Positions 48,809 through 62,143 of a stretch of 64,000 nt of DNA are shown in pieces (the first letter of the stretch is position 1; every line of letters starts with the position of its first letter). The stretch lies in the NCBI GenBank assembly GCA_053919585.1, contig CM132799.1; one strand, written 5' to 3'. The stretch is from Euprymna scolopes (Eukaryota). A program made the position numbers and the translations under genes. The notes beneath the pieces were generated by a model that worked only from the letters and a program-made list of their open reading frames with translations, was not told the origin of the DNA and made no database searches.

Positions 48809-51245
48809 TAGCAATACACTTGAAAAAATTTAAATGGCTTAAAATATTTCAATATTGGTATATATAGAAAGAGCTTGATAAGCTAAAAAAGAATCTTTTT
48901 AAATTTTTAAAATCCAAAAAGAATCAAGGAAGTTATGACTATTTTTATGCCCTGCGTATTTGGATATTTTCCCCTCTTTAAGACCATATGCGTTTTGTCA
49001 CATTTTTTGCACTACTTTTTCAGTAAAAATGCTGTATCTTTGTTAAAACACAAGACTAAGCAATGAAATTTGCCATATAAGTGTATTTTTGTGCAAGGAA
49101 TCTGAATATGCTACTGAAAATCTTGAGAAATAAATGGTTTCCAAATAATCTGCAGTAAATTCACATAAATATGCTGCGGTTGCTTAAAAATGTCATGCAT
49201 TCATTAAAAGAAAAGAAGCTAGAGAACTCAAAGTTTCGTTGTAATGCATTTTATGTGCCAAAAACTAAAATCGAAATCTAGGATTGGTTAAAAATGAATA
49301 TAGTGCAATATTTCTTTGGTATTATTGGAGATTAATACCTTCTTCTACCTTTCCCCATCTGACCAACTTGAATAAATTAATAAATAATTAACATTAATAA
49401 AAGATAAACAAAAATTATTTTAGAATTTAATATAAAATGATTTCCCATTTTGAATCATTCGAGCGTTTAAGGTAGGTACCCCCCCTTTCCTATGATAGAT
49501 AAATCCTGGGTGTTTTTTTGTTTGTTTTCTAAAAGGAGATTATGCGTGGTTTTAAGAGGGTCTTTGTGCAATTATGAGAAGGTGGGGAGGTTGCCACTCT
49601 GACTTTGGGTTAATTATAAGGTTATGGAAAATTATGTGTGAACATCCTGAAGACTTGATAGGAACAAAACAAAAACAATTTTAGAATTTAGAGTGGGGGT
49701 TGGTTTCACATAAATGTAAAATAATTCACCATTTCAAGATGATCCTAGCGTTTTAGGACAGTTGACCAATTTATTTTTTTATGGGAGATTAATCATGTGC
49801 ACTTTCTTTAAACGTTTTTATGCTTTTTTTTTTTTTTTTTAGCTTATATGAACTCACAGAGGAAGTTTGTTTAGTGGGGAGCTCTGCCACTTGTACTTAG
49901 CGTTATTGTTAAGGCTAAAGGTTTTAGGAGGAGGCTTGCCACTCATACCTAGGATTAGACATAGAATTAAGCAAGTTTTTTTTTTTTTTTTTTTAAGAGA
50001 GTGTTTGATACCTATTGTTAAACTTTACAAGAATTATGACAAACAGACAAAAATAAATGTTATTTAAAAAAGTGACGTCCCTCTAACAGAAAACATGATG
50101 CTTGGAAAAATATCAAGTATTTAAATTCTATTTAAATATAAAAAAAGAAACAAGTTTTTGCTAAAGCTGACAAATTGTTAAAAACTTTGAATTAATGTTA
50201 TTTCGATTTTTAATTACATTTCATGTCTTTTCCTATCGTTTTTATTTTTTAACTGAGCACCTCCTACAAATATTTAAATATTGATTATTTTTTATATTTT
50301 ATTTTTAATAATCGGGTAGATTAGTTTCCATTCGATAATAATTCACTGAAAACATTTTTTAAGGGACAAAAATTAGAAGTGTGTTACCTTCGTAATCGTG
50401 AACCAAAACATCATATTTCACATTTTCACTTGTTAAAATATTTTAAAATTTACTACTACCCAATTTTTAAAAATATTTGTATGGTTGATAACAAAATAGC
50501 TCTAACATGTAAAAATTTTTATTTATAACCAGATTTTCAATTAAAAAAAAAAATCGATTTGAAATAAAAATAAACAACAAAAACAAACGTCTGTTTACGC
50601 CATGTTATCGCTGCTGCTGCTGCTGATACAGCTACTATCACTAATACTACAGAAGTCTTGATTCAAATTCATAACGATTTTTTCGGATATTATGTTTTTA
50701 AATTGTTACGTACCACTAGAGAAAACGCTGTCCAATCATCTTTTTAAGAATAAACATAGTAAAAAGATTGTTTTATTTAATAGTGAGTGTCCGAAGAAAT
50801 TTTTTTTCAAAATTTTCAATACTCACCGTTTTGAAATCTTTTTTTTTTAACACAACAAAAAATGAATCGTCAAATAAATTTCAGAGACTCGAAATTATTA
50901 AAAATGACATCTCTTTTGGCTAATTTCCAAATTTCATTAAAAAATTCTTTACAGAAACACTGTATGAATGTTTAGAAATCAGGGGGGGGGGGTTCATTAC
51001 AAAAACTTACCGAAAATGTTGTTTGATGATGTTCACATTTTTATCACTTTATTTGCTTAAAACTCTAAAAATATATAATGTATGTTATTATTGACTAATT
51101 CATTTGAAAGTATATTCATTTCTGAACAAAACGGTGGTATTTTGAAGACTTAAAGTGCTTTGGTTTTTAAAATATGACTATTTTAGCAGAAATCCCTTGA
51201 AATCTCTGATTATGCGAAGCGTTTTAACTGCCATGTGTATTGCTA
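48809..51245 (-). mobile_element. Copy 2 (complete, 2437 bp) of unclassified non-coding DNA transposon
   Basis: TIR tagcaatacac(t/a)tg at both ends; exact 7-bp TSD agacaag at 48802-08 and 51246-52. Confidence 0.9.
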
Positions 51246-51302
51246 AGACAAGGAGTTAATAGTTTATCATATTTAGCAGTTTCTTGTGATATGTCTATTA
51301 TA

Positions 51303-52196
51303 CAAGGTGGAACGATAAATTTGTCGTCCTAAAAAAAATGACACTACATCTTTATTTTAAAACTTTTATTGAAAAACCAATCAGGTAATTTGATTATGTA
51401 GTAGAGCTTACATCTATTCAATGTAGCCGCTTTCAGCCTCAATCACCACCTCGATACGGGTCCAGAACTGGAAGCATGCCTTTTTCACAAGCACAGGCAG
51501 GAACCCGGCGAGTATTCAGCGGATGGCACCGATAAGGCTGACTTTGGTGTTGTGGGAGGTCATGTTGGTGATGTTCTCAACATGTGACCAAATGCAGTAG
51601 TTCAGCAGATTCAGATCAGGAAAAGTGAGTGGGGTAGTGAGAAAAGAGTACAAGGTTGTAGCATTCCTTCTGAATCCAAGCCTGGGTCTCTTGGGATGTG
51701 GCACTGAATTCTGATGCCACACCCAGAATCTGCCAGCAGTCACCTGATTACACCAGGTGATCACCACATTCTTCAGCACATCCAGGTACACTTTGGTGTT
51801 GACTTTCAAGCTGACTTCGAAGATGTGAGGTGGTATGATGTGCCCCTCACTTGAAACCACACCAAAGATCATAACTGTGGCCGGAAACTTTTTTATCACC
51901 CTAGGCATGTCCCTGTTATTCATGGCAATCCAGCAATGCATTTTGAGGGTGCTGGCAATGGTCCTAATTGTCATAACTTGCATTGATAGAGAGCATGAGT
52001 TGTACAGTGGCACATCTTCAATCTCGCTCATTGAACATTGCGTCACTTTCAGACATGATAGAAGGTCTTTATCGCTCTTGGTATTTGTACACAACTAGCC
52101 AACTAGCAGATGGTCTGCAACAAAAAGAAAACCAGTTTTCATCAAACAGAAATGGAATCATGTTGTCTAGGGTGACAATTTTATCGTTCCACTCTT
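51303..52196 (-). mobile_element. Internally deleted Tc1/mariner (maT/DD37D-like) element
   Basis: TA TSDs; TIR gtggaacgataaa(a/t)ttgtc; ORF 51516-52094 with KFPATVMIFGVVSSEG...WVWHQNSVP...PDLNLLNYCIW. Confidence 0.88.
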
Positions 52197-54384
52197 TATA
52201 AAGATGGTCTTATGATAATAGAATCAATGCTACACTATTTCATTGAAAGATAATATAATGATAGATTTTTTTTTTTTTTTTTGTGGGTCCTTCGTCTTTT
52301 GGCAACTATTCTCAGCATCTTAGTGACAGATGTTTTACTATGAGTGAAAGTATTGTGTATACGTAACAAAATGTTACAATGAAATTACAAATGTATATTA
52401 CAAAATATTAATTCATTAGAAACTGTTTAAAAATTATGCAAATTAGAAATACTTAAAACTGGACATTTGCATATTACTATATATACTGTATTTCAAAATC
52501 TTGTATCACGGAATTAAGTAAATATAAGCCATTTTGATGTTGAAGTATTTTTCTAATCTAAACACTGAACTCTGACTTTAGGACCAATTAAACACAAGGA
52601 AGATATTTATTACTTCCTTAAACTCTATACAATAGTTTTTTTTCTCTTTTTCTCAAATAAAACTTGATTTTTCATATTAAACTTTGTAAATTTACTTTAC
52701 AGTTCAATTTGATAATAAAAACTGTTGAAGTAAAAAGAGAATATAAACATAACAAATACTCACCAACCCTATTGCCAATTTACGTAAGTAAAACATTTCA
52801 ATAAATATTTATTTAGTGATAAAGTAATTTATAATTGTCTTTAATTTACTAAAATATTAACTGATTAAAAGGAGTAATTTTAAATTGTTTCTGTTACAAT
52901 TTAAAACGAAGCATATCTTTTTGCAGTTGATGTGCAAAAGACAATTTAAGAACCCTGGCGTAAACGTGTACATCATCTACTACTGTAATATACTTAATAT
53001 CTACTAATAATTTTTCTTGTATATATATACTCTTTCAACTTTCGAACAGTAAAACACTTTGTATTTCAAATCATCATATTCATCTGCAACTTTTTTCTCA
53101 AATTTCGCAATACAACTGATTAAAAACTATTAACTTCACTTCACAGTTTTCAAACATTCTATAACATTTTAGGTGGCAACTTCTATTAAATGTATATCGA
53201 TATTCATTTTCCAATCAAACGGTTAGAAAAGTTACACTTTTAATCGTTTAATTGTTCTATTATGGGTCCTAGCTTAACATTTTGCAAGTGCTTGTGGGGC
53301 AACTTGAGACTTTTGAGTGAAATTGGATAAGAAAACAAATCGATTGAGAAGCTGTATGATGGTTTGGCTTAGAGAAGAATAGGCACAAACTGGTTTTACC
53401 AACATATCTGCCATGTAGTTTCTCTATAAGCTGGAAAGGTTTATGGGAGTATTCACATTCTATTTTTACATGATAATTTTAATTTTTATTGGTTCTGAAT
53501 AGTTTTACAATTGTTAAGAAATCCAAACAAAAAAAATATTTTTCTCAAATGAAGTGTAAATCTCCACTTAGAAATGTGATTTGAGTCATTAATGTTTTGA
53601 CATATCAAGATTTACATGTGTTGGATTAGGAAAAAAAAATGTCATACTAAAACTTTTGAATAAAAATGGATAGCCCTCATCATAATATTCAGTTTAGCAT
53701 CTGTTTTATATGCTAACATGCATTGAATTACTTGAAAAAATGTGCTTATAAAGTAGCGTATCTTTGGCCAGGTCCTTGTTTATCCCTCTTTCCTTCAAGT
53801 TTATTTTTATCATGTCTTTCCATATTTTCTTTAGCCTTCCACTGAACTAAACCTGTTACCTCAACTGTTCTACACCTACTAGCTTTAAATCTCTAATCCA
53901 TTCATTTAATGTGACCATACCATTAAAGTTTCCTATTCTGCAATCCTCTCCCTATATATGACTTAATCTTTCTCTGAGATCAGTAAACCTGCCATTTTTT
54001 AAGACTTGCATTACACATCCATTATATCGTTCTCATATCATTTCTCTCCATGCAGCACCTTCACTGACCAGGTTTCACTTTCATACATCATTACACCATT
54101 ACACTGCATATACATGCCTGATGGAATCTTCCCTTGATTGATAGTGCTAAGGCTACTGGTTAGTAATATCAAAAATTCTCTGAACTTACTTCATCCACTC
54201 CTAATTTTTGCAATCACTTTAGCACCTGCTCCAATCTCAATGTAAAAAAAACATCTCTACACCCTTAATAGTTTTGTCATCCAGGTCCATTGTCTTACAT
54301 TTTTTTGCATAATTATTGAGCGGACTTTGAAAAAGGAAAACAACGGTTGCACTTTGTGTGATTAGGATATTCTTTGAAGTTGAG

Positions 54385-54434
<50 letters not shown>

Positions 54435-54439
54435 TTACT

Positions 54440-56425
54440 GATTTTTCACTCCAAACAAAGCAGTCCTGGATACGACCTTAAACTATATCCGATGGTGAGG
54501 CCCCAGCTTGCGGACTTTGGGGAGTGTGGAGCCACCCTTTAATTGCCATTTCTCCCAGGTCCACTCTGACTCGGAGTGGTAGTACCTGTTAGGGTCCCAA
54601 CTATGGGTTAAATAGAAATTGATTTGAAAAAAAAAATTCTATTAAAAAATCTTTCTTCAAAATCACTGGATTTGGCATTAAATAAACTGAAAAGGGTTGA
54701 TATGCCATAAAACAAAAACAACCAACCAAACAAAGCACAGTGGCACTTGTATGTATTTGGGACAAAATTTGTGGGGATACTATCTAGGGAGTTGAGCAGC
54801 AAGATGTCTGTTCACACTAGACTTTAACTTAAGCAGGGACCAGGGAGAGAATTTCAAAGTCTTAACCGTTTGAGAGAAGAAACTATTTGAGTAGACAGAT
54901 GTCCTGTGTCTAGAAATCTTTACAGTGTAGAGGTGGGATTTTGCTACTTGTTTGGGTAGTTGAGGGTATTTATGTTGAGGGAAGTACAAGGGCATGGAGT
55001 TCGTTTGAGCATTTTTCATTAAAATACTTGTAATTGATGCAACATTTTGTTGATGGGGCAGAAGTTGATAATGTAAGACCTATTAGGTTGACCACTCTTT
55101 GAATCCTGTCTAGAAGTGAGAGACCAGTAGCAGATGCATCAGCCCTAATGTGGCAACAATACTCCTTGCATAGGTGAATAGTTGCTACGTAGAGGTACAG
55201 AATACTTTCGGGTGTAAGTAACTTTCTAGCATGGTAGAGAGAGCCCACCTTCTTCACAGCAATCTTGGCAATGGCTTCAATGTATTTATTTCAATTCATG
55301 TTCCCTATTAAGCTGAGGAGTTTGAACAAAGTTTCCAGGTAGTTTATCAATAGCCATGACTATTGATGGTTGAAAAGGTTTCTTGTAATTATTAAAGGAA
55401 TGTTCCCATTCCACTACACACTGGAGGTCTCTCTCTAAGGTTTCACCCATTTCTTTAGATATTTATTCATTTGTTTTCCCTCATGTCTGGTATAGAGCAT
55501 AGTGTCATGAGCAAATATACTCATGTTGGAAACAATTTTATCAAGGAGGTCATTTGTAAATAAGAGGAATAATAAAGGTTCAAGAATTGATCCCGAGGCA
55601 CACCCACATTTATATCATATTGTTTTGGTGTACGACCATCGAGGACAACTTGGATTTTTTTCTCTTATTTAAGAGATTTGGTTATGTTAGGAATTTTTCA
55701 AGTAAGACCATATGATTTAATTTTCATGAGAAGACCATTGTGATATATCTTATCAAAGAACTAAAATATATCTATGGTTACTGCCCGAGCCTCCTCTGCC
55801 TTATCCAGTACATGGTATATAAGCTCAGAGATTACGATTAAGATATTGGCAGTAGAATGGACTTTCCTAAATCCATACTGTTGGTTAAAAAGAAGTATTT
55901 ATGAGGTGGTACTTGATTAAGGATTCAAAACTTTTAGTGAAGAAGGAGGAGGTTAATGGTGCGATAATTTAATGACAATTCTTTTGCTAGAATTCTTGTA
56001 AACTGGTACCACAGAAGCAATTTTATTTTTCCAGTGGCCAGGAAAGCAAGATTCGGTAAGGCATTTGTTGAAGAGTTTGAAGAAAAGTGGGGCTATTTCA
56101 ACAGCATTTTTAATAATATAGCCTGGATGAGATCAGAGCTACATACCTTTGAGGTGTGTAGGTTATTTTATGATATTTTTATGAACCTTGGAAGAAGTGA
56201 TTTTCAGATCATTGAGCGTAGTTTCTGCCTGCAAATCTGGGAGAGAGTGGTTTGTTAGGTCCAAAGTATAGATGGGGGCAAACCGTCAGGCAAACATATT
56301 GGCTTTTTTGGTTGCCATGTAAACAATCTCAAGGTTGTTGGATCATGGGGAAATTGTTGATTGCCCGTTATTTACTACCCTGTTATAAATTTTCCACAAA
56401 TCACAGGTTCCTAATTTCTGTGGCT
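54440..56425 (-). mobile_element. CR1/L2-group LINE copy d (5'-truncated, intact 3' end) carrying SINE copy 3
   Basis: ORFs 54970-55257 (KKVGSLYHARKLLTPESILYLY...EYCCHI) and 54780-55019; 3' UTR matches 35050-35200. Confidence 0.9.
54463..54725 (+). mobile_element. SINE-like retroelement copy 3
   Basis: 12-bp TSD ccaaacaaagca at 54451-62 and 54726-37. Confidence 0.92.
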
Positions 56426-57189
56426 TTATATATTATATACATATAATGTTTGTGTGTCAATGCAAGAAATCCTTTGTAGTCAAGATAATTGATGTGATTG
56501 AAACAGGAAACATAAAAGTATTTATGTTCGCAAGAATTTATAGAAGAAAATTATATTATTACCTAAATAATTGCACTAGCATAAAAGTGAAAATGTGATT
56601 TTAAAAAAAATAATCTAATGAATCATTAAAAATATATTTGCCTGACATTGGCTGGGTGGAAGGTTTATAGAAAAAAATAGTTGTATTTAGAAATTATTTT
56701 AAATGAGCTTAATGCAAAAATCCTTTTAGTTTTTCTTTATTTTATTTTTGATTTCAATAACTATTTGATTAACAGTAAAAAGTTTTTTATTATAAAAAAA
56801 TTCAATATCTCTCAAAGTCATGTACAAGTGAGAAACATACAGTCACTAAGTATCAAATCAAGTTTTGGAATTTTTTGATATGCTAATAAGAGGAATTGTA
56901 TATTGGTTGTTATATTCCTAATGGTTTTGGTCAATGAAATTTCAGGGCTTAGTAGTCTGAATAGGCAAAATATGTATGAACTGATTTTGTGAAATTAATA
57001 ACTAAATATACAATCACATTAAAAATTTAAAATTAGTCTTAAAAAAAAAGAAACGGTCCTCTACACTTTGTAATGTGTGCTTAAACTGAGTTGTCATTCT
57101 CATTTAAAAAGTAAATAGAGAAATTGAAATTTTTATCCTTTTTTTTTTTTAAAAAAGACTGTTATGAGAGAAAATGTAATAGAATGGAT

Positions 57190-60100
57190 TGGTTAATGTT
57201 TATATTAATATATTTATTAGTATAATTGCTTATATTTATATAATTGTTCATATTAATATATTTATTAATATAATTGTTTATATTAATATATTTATTAGTA
57301 TTATTCTTTATATTAATATATTTATTGGTATAATTGTTTATATTAATGTTAGTAGAATTGTTTATATTAATATATTTATTAATATAATTGTTTATATTAA
57401 TATATTTAGTAATATAATTGTTTATATTAATATATTTANNNNNNNNNNNNNNNNNNNNNNNNNNNNNNNNNNNNNNNNNNNNNNNNNNNNNNNNNNNNNN
57501 NNNNNNNNNNNNNNNNNNNNNNNNNNNNNNNNNNNNNNNNNNNNNNNNNNNNNNNNNNNNNNNNNNNNNNNNNNNNNNNNNNNNNNNNNNNNNNNNNNNN
57601 NNNNNNNNNNNNNNNNNNNNNNNNNNNNNNNNNNNNNNNNNNNNNNNNNNNNNNNNNNNNNNNNNNNNNNNNNNNNNNNNNNNNNNNNNNNNNNNNNNNN
57701 NNNNNNNNNNNNNNNNNNNNNNNNNNNNNNNNNNNNNNNNNNNNNNNNNNNNNNNNNNNNNNNNNNNNNNNNNNNNNNNNNNNNNNNNNNNNNNNNNNNN
57801 NNNNNNNNNNNNNNNNNNNNNNNNNNNNNNNNNNNNNNNNNNNNNNNNNNNNNNNNNNNNNNNNNNNNNNNNNNNNNNNNNNNNNNNNNNNNNNNNNNNN
57901 NNNNNNNNNNTATATTTAATATAATTGTTTATATTAATATATTTATTAATATAATTGTTTATATTAATATATTTATTAATATAATTGTTTATATTAATAT
58001 ATTTATTAATATAATTGTTTATATTAATATATTAATATAATTGTTTATATTAATATATTTATTAATATAATTGTTTATATTAATATATTTATTAATATAA
58101 TTGTTTATATTTAATATAATTGTTTATATTAATATATTTAATATAATTGTTTATATTAATATATTTATTAATATAATTGTTTATATTAATATATTTAATA
58201 TAATTGTTTATATTAATATATTTATTAATATAATTGTTTATATTAATATATTAATATAATTGTTTATATTAATATATTAATATAATTGTTTATATTAATA
58301 TATTAATATATTTAGTATAATTGTTTATATTAATATATTTAGTATAATTGTTTATATTAATATATTTAATATAATTGTTTATATTAGTATATTTAATATA
58401 ATTGTTTATATTAATATATTTAATACAATTGTTTATATTAATATATTTAATACAATTGTTTATATTAATATATTTAATACAATTGTTTATATTAATATAT
58501 TTAATATAATTGTTTATATTAATATATTTAATATAATTGTTTATATTAATATATTTAATATAATTGTTTATATTAATATATTTAATATAATTGTTTATAT
58601 TAATATATTTAATATAATTGTTTATATTAATATATTTAATATAATTGTTTATATTAAATTATTTAATATAATTGTTTATATTAAATTATTTAATATAATT
58701 GTTTATATTAAATTATTTAATATAATTGTTTATATTAAATTATTTAATATAATTGTTTATATTAATATATTTAATATAATTGTTTATATTAAATTATTTA
58801 ATATAATTGTTTATATTAGCATTTAATATAATTGTTTATATTAACATATTTATTGGTATAATTGTTTATATTTATATATTTATTGGTATAATTGTTTATA
58901 TTAATGTTAGTGGAATTGTTTATATTAATATGTTAGTAGAATTGTTTATATTAATATGTTAGTAGAATTGTTTATATTAATATGTTAGTAGAATTGTTTA
59001 TATTAATATGTTAGTAGAATTGTTTATATTAATATGTTAGTAGAATTGTTTATATTAATATGTTAGTAGAATTGTTTATATTAATGTTAGTAGAATTTTT
59101 TATATTAATGTTAGTAGAATCGTTTATATTAATGTTAGTAGAATCGTTTATAGTAATATATTTTTATAATTGTTTGTATTAATATATTTGTATAATTGTT
59201 TATATTAATATATTTGTATAATCGTTTATATTAATATATTTGTATAATCGTTTATATTAATATATTTGTATAATCGTTTATATTAATATATTTGTATAAT
59301 CGTTTATATTAATATATTTGTATAATCGTTTATATTAATATATTTGTATAATCGTTTATATTAATATATTTGTATAATCGTTTATATTAATATATTTGTA
59401 TAATCGTTTATATTAATATATTTGTATAATCGTTTATATTAATATATTTGTATAATCGTTTATATTAATATATTTGTATAATCGTTTATATTAATATATT
59501 TGTATAATCGTTTATATTAATATATTTGTATAATCGTTTATATTAATATATTTGTATAATTGTTTATATTAATATATTTGTATAATTGTTTATATTGATA
59601 TATTTGTATAATTGTTTATATTGATATATTTGTATAATCGTTTATATTAATATATTTGTATAATCGTTTATATTAATATATTTGTATAATCGTTTATATT
59701 AATATATTTGTATAATCGTTTATATTAATATATTTGTATAATCGTTTATATTAATATATTTGTATAATTGTTTATATTAATATATTTGTATAATTGTTTA
59801 TATTAATATATTTGTATAATTGTTTATATTAATATATTTGTATAATTGTTTATATTAATATATTTGTATAATTGTTTATATTAATATATTTGTATAATTG
59901 TTTATATTAATATATTTGTATAATTGTTTATATTAATATATTTGTATAATTGTTTATATTAATATATTTGTATAATTGTTTATATTAATATATTTGTATA
60001 ATCGTTTATATTAATATATTTGTATAATCGTTTATATTAATATATTTGTATAATCGTTTATATTAATATATTTGTATAATTGTTTATATTAATATATTTG

Positions 60101-60290
60101 TATAATTGTTTATATTAATATATTTGTATAATTGTTTATATTAATATATTTGTATAATTGTTTATATTAATATATTTGTATAATTGTTTATATTAATATA
60201 TTTGTATAATTGTTTATATTAATATATTTGTATAATTGTTTATATTAATGTATTTATTAGTACAATTGTTTATATTAGTATGTTTGTTTA
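57190..60290. repeat. AT-rich tandem satellite (24-30-bp units, core taattgtttatattaatatattt) spanning assembly gap 57439-57910
   Basis: Direct tandem units arranged in homogeneous variant blocks. Confidence 0.95.
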
Positions 60291-60774
60291 TAGATAATTG
60301 TAATTAAACGGCTTATCTTATCAAAACATGTATTTGATCTGAGTATTAGAAATTCTCACAATATTTGTTTTTTATAAGAGCCAAATTTTAAAAAGAAAAA
60401 TGGAAATTAATCTATTTTAGATTTATCCACTTCACAGAAAATTTGGAATGAAATATGCATATTTATTGAACATAATGCTTTGTTTTTTTTTTTGTTTTTT
60501 TTTTGCTTTTTTATGATTTGAAATGTTTAACTGTTTTTAAAGGAAAACTGTTTTTGAAATAATTATGTACCTTAAAAATAAAGTAAAATTCAGTTGTAAA
60601 CATTTACCATCTTTCCTAAAATTAAACAAAATTTAATTGTAAATGCTCACAAAGTAAATACTCTTTTATAAGGTCAATGCTATGTGCAAATTGCAGTCAA
60701 TTTCTAATGCTACCACATATAGCTTTTGTAAGTCTGTTTCTAGAGTAAAAATATATTATGTAAATATTTATTAA

Positions 60775-62143
60775 CCAGCAAAACCTGTGTACTGACGTTG
60801 CCCGGTGGAAAGATTATATAAAGCCAGAATAGATTTGTTGAAAGACTCCTCCAAAACGGATGCAACTATGGCTGCTTAATGCATTATCATGGACTCAGAT
60901 AAATTAGTTTTATTTTAAGAGGTTGATAATTGAATAATTGAGATCCCCACTAATGAAAAGAAATATTGAAAAACATGCTAACATAAGTGTGCATAATGGA
61001 AAATATTTGCATGATCTCCCCAAAAGGAAAGTAATAAATAAAAAAATCTTTATGAAGAAATATTTTAATCAATCCTGAAACCATTTCAATAAAGCAGGAA
61101 TCTTCCTAGACTTAGGTAATTTTGTTTTGCTTTTAGGAAGTAAAGTAAATTTTAGGAAAGATTGTAAGTTATGAAGTTAGAGGCTCTTAAAAATAGAAAA
61201 GAAAAACAATGAAAATTTTGCTATGGAATGACCCAGAAGCAAAACTCATAAAGCGGTGTTGATCGCTCATGTCAGAATGAAAAAAAGAAATGATTATAAT
61301 AATAATAATATTAAAAGTAGTAACAGGAACACTAAAGACACTTGACTCAAGTTCTGATATAAATAAACCATTTATGTGAATGATTTTGTTCAAATAACAA
61401 ACTTTAAAACTTGTAAAAAAAAATCTTTTAACTGGTTATTTTACTAACAAAAAAGGCGGACAATGTTTTTGTTTAAATAAAATAGAAGTAGTATGTGAAA
61501 ATAACAAAATCGTACATTTTACCTTGAGAGATTTATAAACATTTTCACAACAACCAAGTTTACATAATGAAAAAAGTAAAGTGAAACGTGAATGCAAATT
61601 TTATCACATACAAACTTTACAAGCGACTGGGGACTGTCTATGAATTTAATATTTCTGCCTAGGGTGACTGACATACAACAAGCTATTTTATAATTTAAAT
61701 TAAAGGATAAGTTTTGTGTAAAATGATCACTCACTTTTTGGTCAAATAGCATTTAAATAACACCTAATCATTCTAGTTAAATCTGAAAAGTAAAGTCTTT
61801 ATTTTTATGGTGGTGGGGGTGGGTGGGAATAGGTGCATATAAGTTTAAGGTTATTGATAGGATTAGGGGAAGGATTTGTGAGTACTGTTGCCACCTGGAC
61901 TTAAAGAATAGGGGGTAAAATTGGAAGTACTTCCTCAGTAGGTTATAATGATGATGTCTCTTCTAGGAATAAATGTAATGTTTTAATATCACAAATTAAT
62001 GTGTCTAAAATGTAGTTCTATAGTTTAATAAGGTAATGGCTAATAGTGTAAACAATAAATTTGTATGTGCCATCTGTTGTTGTAAACCTACAGTATTTTG
62101 GTCCAGAGGGGAAAAACTGCACCTCTTTTATTATATATAGGGA
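60775..62143 (-). mobile_element. Probable non-autonomous Helitron H7
   Basis: Minus strand: A|TCcctatatataataaaagagg 5' end; ccgggcaacg-type subterminal motif and CTGG|T 3' end. That both ends belong to one element is inferred. Confidence 0.5.

Noticed and set aside
35566-51245. One giant 15.7-kb transposon with 2-kb TIRs that captured exon D
   Set aside because: The right copy has its own two TIRs and TSD, and the left copy sits inside a LINE that continues on both sides, so these are independent insertions.
57189-58040. 283-aa and 168-aa ORFs
   Set aside because: Satellite sequence plus N gap.
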